Part shown: one piece after another, positions 11,914 to 21,621 of the stretch
Position numbering within the stretch: the stretch's first letter is position 1
How the letters are laid out: each line of letters opens with the position of its first letter
Origin: Macrostomum lignano
Lineage: Eukaryota
Direction: 5' to 3'
Length of the DNA stretch: 64,000 bases
Assembly: GCA_002269645.1 (NCBI GenBank)
Contig: NIVC01002316.1
Location: forward strand, 11,592 to 75,591
Program-made: the position numbers and the translations under genes
The notes under the pieces: generated by a model
Databases searched by the model: none
What the model was told of the DNA's origin: nothing
The model's input: the letters and a program-made list of their open reading frames with translations, nothing else

Positions 11914-12630
11914 TCAGGTAAGTCGCAAAAAGGATCAGGTAAGTCGCAAAAGAAGCAAACTAAGTCGCAAAAAGGATCAGGTAAGTCGCAAAAGGGTTAG
12001 GTAAGTCGCAAAAAGGATTAGGTAAGTCGCAAAAAGGATTAGGTAAGTCGCAAAAGGGTTAGGTAAGTCGCAAAAGGGTTAGGTAAGTCGCAAAAGGATT
12101 AAGTAAGTCGCAAAAGGGTTAGGTAAGTCGCAAAAAGGATTAGGTAAGTCGCAAAAGGATTAGGTAAGTCGCAAAAAGGATTAAGTAAGTCGCAAAAAGG
12201 ATTAGGTAAGTCGCAAAAGGGATTAGGTAAGTCGCAAAAAGAATCAGGTAAGTCGCAAAAGGATCAGCTAAGTCACAAAAGGATTAGGTAAGTCGCAAAA
12301 GGATCAGGTAAGTCGCAAAAGGATTAGTTAAGTCGCAAAAGGGTTAGGTAAGTCGCAAAAAGGATTAGGTAAGTCGCAAAAAGGATTAAGTAAGTCGCAA
12401 AAAGGATTAGGTAAGTCGCAAAAGGATTAAGTAAGTCGCAAAAAGGATTAGGTAAGTCGCAAAAGGGTTAGGTAAGTCGCAAAAGGGTTAGGTAAGTCGC
12501 AAAAGGATTAGGTAAGTCGCAAAAAGGATTAAGTAAGTCGCAAAAAGGATTAGGTAAGTCGCAAAAAGGATTAGGTAAGTCGCAAAAAGGATTAGGTAAG
12601 TCGCAAAAAGAAGCAACTAAGTCGCAATAA
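11914..12630. repeat. 20-21-bp minisatellite (AGGTAAGTCGCAAAAAGGATT), ~33 copies, inside the hAT element
   Basis: Direct reading. Confidence 0.95.
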
Positions 12631-12785
12631 GAGGGAAGTAAGTCACAATCAGAGGCAATCAGGGGGTAGTAGGTGCAGGTGTGGCAGGAGAGCAAAAACA
12701 GAATAGAAGCCTTCAACAACAGACAAGATCTTTGAAATCAGAAGCCCGCGTCAACAGTTTCCCATTGATTTCTTAAACTCTGGAG

Positions 12786-12840
12786 CAGGGGTTGGCAAAC
12801 TCCGGCTCGCGAAGCCCCTCTATCTGGCCCTCGCCCCTCG
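12786..12840 (+). mobile_element. Isolated terminus resembling a Charlie/hAT left end
   Basis: CAGGGGTTGGCAAACTCCGGCTCGCG resembles common hAT termini; no partner TIR found. Confidence 0.35.
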
Positions 12841-12863
12841 GGTTCTTTGAAACTTCCTAACTA

Positions 12864-13735
12864 CGAGGGGCGTCCGGAAAGTAGTGTTACTTTTGCTTGG
12901 TGTGGACGTATGGAAACGTGTGGCGTGTGGACGTATGGTGTGGACGTATGACACTTGCATGTGCTTGGTGTCATTTGAAAGCGGCAAGTCTCTTCTTTAA
13001 AATGACACCAATTGCAAGAGATTTGAATCTGTGCTTCAAGAGATATGGATGATTAAGTAGAGAAAGGTCAGTCATAGACTTACAGAACCTCAAAAATGTC
13101 AACAGAAAACTTTTACGATTTTATCGATTTTTTCGTAATCATGGGCTGTCTATGGCCAAATGTGATGCAGTGAACGAGAGGGGCTGTCTCATAAAACTAC
13201 GAGACTTGTAAAACTGCTTCTGCTGCGCCTGCAAAGTTTATTGACATTCAATTTTCAATTGTGAACTGCAAATGGATGTGCATTCAAAGACTGGGCAGCG
13301 ACATGCCATCTTTACACTTTGGAGCTCCGGAACCAAATCGGCTGACATCCACAGGCAACTTTGCACAGCTCATGGCGACCATGCTGTCAGCAAGATGACA
13401 AGTCTGCCAACCGATGAATGATTTTAATGTTGTTCGCTTGTGTGATAATTTGCTTGTTATCTGTTTCACCTGCTTCTGTACTGTACTGTTGTGTTTTTTG
13501 TTTTTTCTGGAGTAATTACGCTCGTGATAAAAGTTTTCTGTTGACATTTTTAAGGTTCTGTAAGTCTATTACTGACCTTTCTCTACTTAATCGTCCATAT
13601 CTCTTGAAGCACAGATTCAAATCTCTTGCAATTGGTGTCATTTTAAAGAAGAGACTTGCCGCTTTCAAATGACACCAAGCACATGCAAGTGTGACTGTCC
13701 ATACGTCCACACCAAGCAAAAGTAACACTACTTTC
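12864..13735. mobile_element. Tc1/mariner-type MITE with ~220-bp TIRs, nested in the hAT element
   Basis: Left end TA|CGAGGGGCGTCCGGAAAG is mariner-like. 12878-13110 is a near-perfect reverse complement of ~13525-13735. The right TIR lacks its outermost ~14 bp. Confidence 0.82.
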
Positions 13736-13774
13736 TTAAGGTTGGTAACATTACTTAGGTTGGTGTCTCTTCAA

Positions 13775-14450
13775 CTCTCATCTCTCTCTTCTTCTCTACC
13801 TTGCCTCCCCTCTTCTCTCTCTCCCCCCTTTTCCCTCTTCTCTCTCCTCTCATTTTTACTCTCCTCTCTTCTCCCCCTTTTACTCTACCCTTTCTCCTCA
13901 ATGCCCTCTTCTCTCCTCTTATCTTCAGCAAAAATATGTGCATATTTTCTTACTTCAAAGTAGAGGGAATAGAAGATTAGAGATAAGCAAACAGAGGAGA
14001 GGCGAGCGATGCGATGGGAGAAAAGATAGAAGAGGAGAGAAAAGCTGAGGGAGGAAAAAGAGATGAGAGAGAAGAGGAGATGAGAGGAAAGAGGAAAGAA
14101 AAGATGATGGATGAGATCAGAAGAGAGGAAAGAGGAAAGAGAAGAAAGTAGATGAGAGAAGAGAGGATAAAGAGGAGATGAGAGGAGAGTGAAGAGAGGA
14201 GAGATGAGAGAGTAGAAAAGAGAGGAGAGATAAGATGAGAGAGTAGAGTGGAGAGAGACGAGAGGGAAGATAAGATGAGAGTAGAGTGGAATGGAGAGAG
14301 ACGAGAGGAGAGATAAGAAAGTAGAGAGGAGACAGAAGAGATAGGAGAGGAGAGGAAAGAGAGGAGAGAGGAGAGGAAAGAGAGAAGGGATAAGGGATGA
14401 GAGAGAAAAGAAAAAGAGGATGAGAAGATTGAGGAATGGAGAGAATTTGC
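13775..14450. repeat. Low-complexity CT-rich tract (13775-13925) followed by an AG-rich tract (13975-14450)
   Basis: Direct reading. Confidence 0.85.
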
Positions 14451-15375
14451 AAAGGCCTCAAATCTTAGTTTAACATGCATTACTCCCATCTTTGCCTTTT
14501 TCCTAACTGTTAACAAGTTTTTGTTTGAGCATGACTTCAAATTTAGAATCTATGCAAAAATAGTTCCGGGAATTAGAATTCAGTGGTTTAAAAATCTGTG
14601 GGTTTTCACAGCTTGTATCTCTACTGGATTCGTATTCTGCATCTGATGAGCCATCTGAATCAGGGCTCTCATCTTCCATGCCAAATCGTCTAGCAAATCG
14701 TTCTTGAGCTATAGGTCACACTGTATTCACTTCACTTACTTCTGGACATTCATGAATCATGACTTTTGTAGTATGCTCACTACACTGTACTGACAATTTA
14801 CTAATTGCTTCATGCCGCCACTAGATGACATACTGATTAGCTGTTATAAAAACGCCGAATCTGCACGCAGCACTAATTAGCTGGCGAGGCATTTAGCTTT
14901 AAAAATATGGTCATAGTTACTCCTGCCGTTTACCTAACGTTTTTGCTTGGCTATTTTATAGGTAAGTCGCATTTTTTATCGAAAACTAAGTCGCACGGCC
15001 AGCGTAATTTCAGAAGTTGCGCATGTATGAGCCTATAGATATGTTTACTATGAAGACTCTCCTATACATATTCCTTTTAGTGAGGATATTTTCCATAAGT
15101 TGCTTAGGTTTAGTACTAATGGCCTGTTCATATATTGTGAGCACCTCTACAGGCAGATGGATGGCTGAGCTATGGGTAGTCCCTTGCACCAATGCTTGCC
15201 AACCTCTGCATTGCCCATTAAGAAGCTAAATGGCTGAAGTGCCCCTGTGCCCCCCTGGTGTACCACTGCTATATAGATGACACATTTGCTATCTTCAACA
15301 CCAAAGCAAGCCCATATACTGAATTCCTGAATATCATTAACAATACCTATCCTAACAAAATTCACTGCTAAGATT

Positions 15376-15791
15376 CCAGGATGGAATCTTTGCATGACAA
15401 GTTTGGAACAAAAAGTTGCGTGCAATTTTTTGCACAAGTTTTTTTACCTATGCATGCACAATTTTTTTGCCACTTGAATTTCTCAGCAACTTTTTTACAA
15501 TGTTTTACTAAAGCTTAAATAAATCTTTAATAATAAACAATATTATTCTTTTTTGTTTAATTTAGTTCCCAGTAGCTTTGTTTTTAAATTTGCAATAACT
15601 TTGTTTTACTGTAACAAGTGCAATATTCAAAATTTAAATGAAACTATGCAAGATTTCTTAGAATATTAAGCTGCACGCAGGTAAGCTTTTTAAAGTTACA
15701 CAATTTTGCTAGAAATGTGGGTACAAGTGCGCAAGTTTTTGTTAGCGCGCACGAAATGCGTCTAGGATTTTGTACAAAAATTCCATCTTGG
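15376..15791. mobile_element. hAT-type MITE (family CCAGGATGG), 416 bp, inserted in the PLE RT
   Basis: TIRs CCAGGATGGAATCTTTG / CCAAGATGGAATTTTTG (15/17) and a perfect 8-bp TSD CTAAGATT (15368-15375 / 15792-15799). Confidence 0.88.
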
Positions 15792-16434
15792 CTAAGATTG
15801 GTGACAAAATTTTAAACTTTCTTGATGTCACTTCTTACCACAATGGCAGCAACCTTGAAACGTCTGTCAAGAACCACAAGAAAATGTTTACTGAGCCTAT
15901 TGCTCAACTACCATGCCATTTGCCCCAACTCTTGGAAGGTTGGTTTGATTTGTGGTTTGCTGCACCGGGCTTACTGTGTGTGTAGCTTGTGCTACATAAG
16001 GAGCTGACTCAGATCAAACAGATCTTTAGATTGAACAACTATCCCAACTAGCTGGTTGACATTGAAATTAAGGAATTCTTGAACAGGAAAATGAACAAGA
16101 AAATAGACACCAAGGAAAATGTTTAGCACTGTATATGACTGACTACCTTCTAATGTGCAACCAATGCACTAAAGTTAGATATGCTATGAAATTTGAAATT
16201 ATTGATTGTAACTGCCAGAGTATAAAGTTGCCTACTCTTGAGGCATTGTACATTAAACAGCTAAAGCCCACCATAAATATCCAACTTGGTGGTAGAGGGG
16301 TGAGTGTCTATAGGGTGTTCTGACCCCATGTGCTTGTCTTTTATTTAGAGCCATCTAACTTTGCTATCCATACTTGCATCATTTTGGCTTACTAGACTTT
16401 AAAAATTTACTATCTCTCTGCATCTATATTATTG

Positions 16435-16468
16435 CCTAAAGATGCCAATTGTTTGGCGAAACATGTCA
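16435..16468 (+). ncRNA. Degenerate minimal hammerhead ribozyme in the PLE pLTR
   Basis: C-CTAAAGA-T-GCCA-attgtt-TGGC-GAAAC-AT-GTC matches the PLE-type CTGANGA-T-stemII-GAAAC-palindrome-GTC layout, with one core change (G5 to A). It lies just after the EN tail and before an AATAAA. Confidence 0.6.
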
Positions 16469-16897
16469 TGTGAAGATTAGGCCTAATAAATTGTAATTTG
16501 GTATTATTAAAGAAAAAATGTGAATATTTGTTTTTGCTTTCATTTCTTGGCTTTTCTCAAACAATATACCTTACATTGAAAATTACTATTAATTGTTATT
16601 GATAATAATAATAATTTATTTTTAGAGAAAAATATGCAAAAGTAGTTTCAAGGTCAAGGATAGGAATTTAGTAGGTTTAAAATGTTTGGGTTTTAATAGC
16701 TTGTTTTATTATAATAATTATATTGATAAAAATGGAAACTATATTAAATTGATATGTTCTTTATTTTGACTGAGGGCCACACTCTATTTGTACAATTAGA
16801 TATATTATTAATAGGCCTATTAAATATAATTGTCTAGAATCTAGATTGTCTGTCACTAGATCATCTTGTTGCTAGATTGATTGGAAGCAGTTACCTA

Positions 16898-17380
16898 CCA
16901 GGATGGATTCTTGCACGAAAATTGCAACACATTTTTGCATTTGGGAAAAAATGCAAAAAATTGTGCAACGCAAAAAAAAATTGCACACCTGTACAGGCTG
17001 CAAAAAATGTGACAAAAATTGTGAATTATTTTGCGACTGTTTGCACAGTTTAAATTACTGGCTTTACTGTATTAAATGTAGAATTACTACAAAAAATGTA
17101 TCATTTAATAGCTCATTATTTACAAACTGTTCAAATTAAAAATTTTCTACTTAAAAAAAACAAAGATAATCAGTCTAATATTTATTGTAACGAGTTGTCA
17201 AAAAATGAAAGTATGAGGCTATCGCAAAACATTATTTTGACAATTGGTAATGCTAAAAATTGCGCCACTAAATTTTGTTTAAGATTGTAAAAATTGCATT
17301 TGCTTACAGTATGGAATTGCACACCAAAAAAAAGTTGCAATTTTCCATTTTATATGCCAGATGCAAGAATTCAATGCTGG
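16898..17380. mobile_element. hAT-type MITE (family CCAGGATGG), 483 bp
   Basis: TIRs CCAGGATGGATTCTTGCA / CCAGCATTGAATTCTTGCA and a perfect 8-bp TSD GTTACCTA (16890-16897 / 17381-17388). The interior is TTGCA-rich like the 15376 copy. Confidence 0.85.
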
Positions 17381-17961
17381 GTTACCTAAATGCAATAGCT
17401 CCTTTTACCCTCCCTCTCTACCACTGAGAAGATAGCATTAGATTTGTGCAAACTTTGTGCAACCACTTTGACTAAAAGTTATTATTATTTTTCTATTATA
17501 CAAAGAAACAAATGTGTTAGGCCTATATTCCTAATAACTAATGTAATAAATTATTAGGCCTATATAAATATAAAATACTTTATAACAAGATTTTTTGCTG
17601 AGCCTTTTTCTTAGGTTAGAATTTGCTAATATTATTATTTTTAATGATATTATAATTATCCCTATTTTAAGTTTTTAGACTTTATAAATTATTGCAATAG
17701 GCCTCACTTTTAGTAAGTAGTTTTACATTTCTTAGAAATGTATAAATTAAAAAACTGCTATTGTTATACTATGCGAATATTTTAAATATTTTGTATATTT
17801 TCTATATTTTTTGTATAATATTTCGTTTGAAACAATAAGAAATTTTTACTCTAAATAGAGGCCACTTGGGAGCCTGGCAAAGTATTCCTGTTCCTTGTTG
17901 AACAACTTTAATACTCTCACTTGAAAAGAAATTTTATCAGCCATGGGCTTGTATTTGCTCG

Positions 17962-18421
17962 TGTTACTTATTTCAAGTAGGCCCTAGTAGATAGTAGTTT
18001 AGGAGTTGCCCCAAGATTGGGAGTTCAATCCGTTCTTAGAGAACGAGAGATCCTAGACTCAGGGGTCTAGTAACCCACCTTTGGAAGGCAGAATTCCTAC
18101 CACAGGGTAGAGAAATCTAGGCTTAGAGTCTGAGAAACCCGCCTCAGGGCAGAATACCCAGCAAAGTGCACTGTGACCCTCTAATCCCAGGAACGCCTAG
18201 GACTGAGAGAATAATATCTTTAGAGGAATATAGGGATAGGATAGACAGTGCTTAAAAGACTGCTCAGGCCAGAAAGTACAATAAAAGTATAGACGCTACC
18301 AATAAAAGTACATAAGCTACCAATAAAAGTACATGTGCTACTAGTAATTAGACAGATAATATAATCCGTAAGAGCAGTGATTATAGAGAACTATTACCCC
18401 TGTTATAACTTTGGTGGCAGC
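17962..18421 (+). mobile_element. Possible LTR remnant with a primer-binding-site-like motif
   Basis: GC-richer block starting TGTTAC, three CAATAAAAGTA direct repeats at 20-nt spacing, then TGGTGGCAGC (18412-18421), which is complementary to the 3' end of tRNA-Leu-type tRNAs. No gag/pol follows and no second LTR is seen. Confidence 0.35.
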
Positions 18422-21400
18422 AAGTAAGGCTAAACAAAAGAATAAAGAAGAGCCCTGGGACATTATTTTAATTAGGGCCTATGAAAATTAAGATCCAATA
18501 AAATTAGACTAAAAATCATATTTAAACCTTTTAATATATCTTTATTAATTATATCCTAATTATCTTTATAAAAAATCTCATACCTGCTAAGAATAAGATA
18601 GGTCTACTAGCTTTGGCTAGCTATGCAACTTATAGAGATAGAGTTAGAGTATATTGGTATTTAACCAACTAAATCAACCAACTAACCAATTAAAAACACA
18701 ACTCTTGACCTGCTCTTGCCATATTGTAAATGCTAAGAATCTGGCCTATAATACCTAGGCCTATTTGAAACCAGGGCCTGTGGAACAATTCATAGTTATT
18801 TTGTATTCGATTAGATTAGATTCAAACATTAGCTAGCTTAGAATTGAATTCAAGAGTTCATCTGAGAAAAATAGGACCATTATTTTAAATTGTAATCGAC
18901 GATCAATGGGCTTACTATAATGATTATGGTTACATTAGAACAATTTCGAGTAAACGTCCAACTGTTGTCTGAAGCCCTCCGGTTAAAACAGTCAACTAAG
19001 GCAACTTAAAAATTCGCTTCGACGAATTTACCCAGTTCAAATGCCAGGTAAAGTTGATTTCTATATAACAAATTCGCTAAATCAAAGAGCTAAGAAGCTA
19101 AGATCCAAAAAACTTATCAAGTGGGCTTAACTAAAGGCATATTATCCATTAAAAGTGGATTAAACGTTCATTCGGTTCTTAAGCTCTTTATAGTTTATAC
19201 GCACATAAACTATACATGAAATATCGGTCTTCTTGAAAGAGAAAAGTGAGGGACTAACGCATGCATGGATAAAATTCAATCTCATTTCACTAGTGCCTCA
19301 CGCAGAAAAAAAAACTTTTTATGAGCTTATCAAGGACGACTTAAGTAGAAGGACGGTACCTATTCAGACAGGCCGATCCTCAGCACCTACATGTAGTCCA
19401 GTAACAGCAGAAATAGAAGAGGCGCCAGCGTGTTAACCCTGAAGCACGCCCATCTAGAGATTGTATAATCTAAGATTGAGGATGTGTGTGACGATCCACC
19501 AGTCCTTTGGCGGAGTGAACAGCCGTACGCAGCCTTCAGATGCAGCGCGGAATTAGGTGAGGCTGAGCTGTCGGTTGCACGTCTGCCCATAGGCTGGTGT
19601 AATCAATTTATTGTTATTATTAATATTACTATGCATAAATAATATACAAGGTAAAGATCAACAAGCAGATTGCTTTTCATGGTCAAAAAGTAAATGCCTG
19701 GGAAGCTGCATTCTTGGCTTTTTACTGCAGCTGCGAAATTTGTATTGTCTTTATATATACTTGCTCGGCATTCTTTGGAATGGCCAAACCGAAACACGGA
19801 AATTAAAAATCTAACAATGATGATAATTGTGGGCTAATTGAACGAATAATTAGACGCGTGGCAATATTGTGGTTGCCATTGTCAGTCAATATATTTTTGG
19901 TGGCTTTTTTGATAGATTTCCACCTTAAAGACGTTAATTAAATAAAAAATAGCACACAAATAAAGTGAACCTTGTGATATAAAAAAGGACCGTTACAGTG
20001 TTAACGCAACTTTAGGTAGAAATTAGTTAAAAATATTTGAATATGTATTAATAGTTTTAGTCAAAAAAAAAGATATTTTAAAAGAATGAGTTGAAACAGA
20101 TTCAATAGACACACGCTGCTATAGTGGTATTGCAGTTCACGGAAAATCAACCGATCAATATATAGCCAGCAATATATATAGCCATCAAAAGTGCATAAAA
20201 TTGAGTTTATCTGCTAAATTAGCCAATCAGAGCTCTTCGCGATATTACCCCACTGTTGCGAATAGCCAACAGAATAGAAAAATGGCTGCCGCAAGAGCCA
20301 TAATATCCGCTGGGGACATTATGACAAGCAGGCGCATTTGAGTGAGGAGACTTGCTTGCACTTGGCATAAGAGAAATTATACAGCAGAAAACGAATGAGT
20401 CTGCTGCTTGAAATGACTAAGATGCACTTGACTTGGTCGTTTGTATGGTAACTCTGGATTGAAAAATTGCAACTTGATTTGATTTTGTCGCACTGGAACT
20501 CAGTTATTTGCACTTTAGTTGGCTATGTTGCTACTTGACTGGGGAAAGAACCTACAAAACTGCAGGTACGCCGTGGAGTGATTTAAGCCACTCTTATTGG
20601 TGATTTAATTGTTATTATCCAGATTCAGCGGCCATTGTTCGAATCAAAATCGTTTTTGTTTAGAAATATTTAGAAACCGCGGAAAAGCCACTGAGCATCG
20701 CGAAAATATGTAACCCAAACTGGATTGACAATAGGTCGATAAAACTTCAGACACCTGCGCATAAATGTACCGTGCGATGAAAAAATATAATAAACCGAAT
20801 TTCAAAGCATAACCATTCTATACATGTACAGGCGTCTAATATCAGCAACACTAGTTTTGGAGATGAGGTCTTTTTGAGAATGTGTGACAGTCGATTGGCA
20901 CACCTTTCAGCAATTGTTTTTATTCCTAAAATCCATCTATTCTCGAGAAATCTCACTAACTTTAAGAATTACAATCATAACCTGAGACTTGGTCGAAATC
21001 GATAGAATTTCGAAAACAAACTCACATCTGACATTGGATAATGAGAGCTTTTAAAAGTAGCTTTTAAAATAGAAAGCATTAGCCTCGACTCTTTAGCACA
21101 GCTTTTACCGCTGAATCCCATGCAAGACTACAATTGAAACTTTGATAAAAATTCACTCACACGAGCTAAAATTTAAATTTAAATTAAACGGAAATAACAA
21201 ATAGTGATATAGCGAATGATATTACTGATAGGCAGTAGCGTGACGAACAATTGAAAGTTATGTTATGCAAAGTCGAATTGACAATCCATTCGGTACCAGA
21301 TGCGACGGAGCATGTAAATGAAAGTAAAATAGCAATCGATGTGAAAATGGTCAGCAATTTAGCTTCGTCTTAGAGATAAAACTTGCCTTTATTGATGAAG

Positions 21401-21621
21401 AAAAAATATCAATATGATTATTGTAAAGAATATCCTTTCGAAAAGCTGAGGCTGAGAAAAAAATTTTGATTAAAAAAAATTAAAGATAAAATTTAGGAAA
21501 AGTTTATGAATGAAAGTCTTACAAGTTTCAAAAAGTATTTTACACCCATTCTACGCTGGTATGCAATGTACGATGGTAATAAAAATGTTTAAAATTAAAA
21601 CCCGCATCAGTTAAACCACAG

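Larger units (their letters stand above)
11702..15029. mobile_element. Non-autonomous hAT-type DNA transposon, 3328 bp
   Basis: Perfect 15-bp TIRs CATACATGCGCAACT (11702-11716 / 15015-15029) and a perfect 8-bp TSD AGCCTATA (11694-11701 / 15030-15037). Subterminal TAAGTCGCA motif near both ends. The 8-bp TSD is characteristic of hAT; no intact transposase. Confidence 0.88.
11200..16500 (+). mobile_element. Decayed Penelope-like retroelement (RT + GIY-YIG tail + 3' pLTR), split by later insertions
   Basis: Removing the inserts gives PLE motifs in order: SFDIKLLFTNVP (11638-11673), YRQMDG..MGSPL (~15148-15186), YIDDTFAIF (15270-), KIGDKILNFLDV (~15794-15829), GLICGLLHRAYCVCS, ELTQIKQIFRLNNYP and FEII..LEALYIKQLKPTINIQ (to 16323). 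Many stops and frameshifts; the 5' boundary is approximate. Confidence 0.85.

Noticed and set aside
11914-12630. CRISPR-like regular repeats (also 52398-54342)
   Set aside because: No unique spacers and no cas genes; these are eukaryotic tandem arrays.
14642-14672. CTGATGA hairpin as a hammerhead (also 30323 and 48170)
   Set aside because: No GAAA correctly placed after a stem II.
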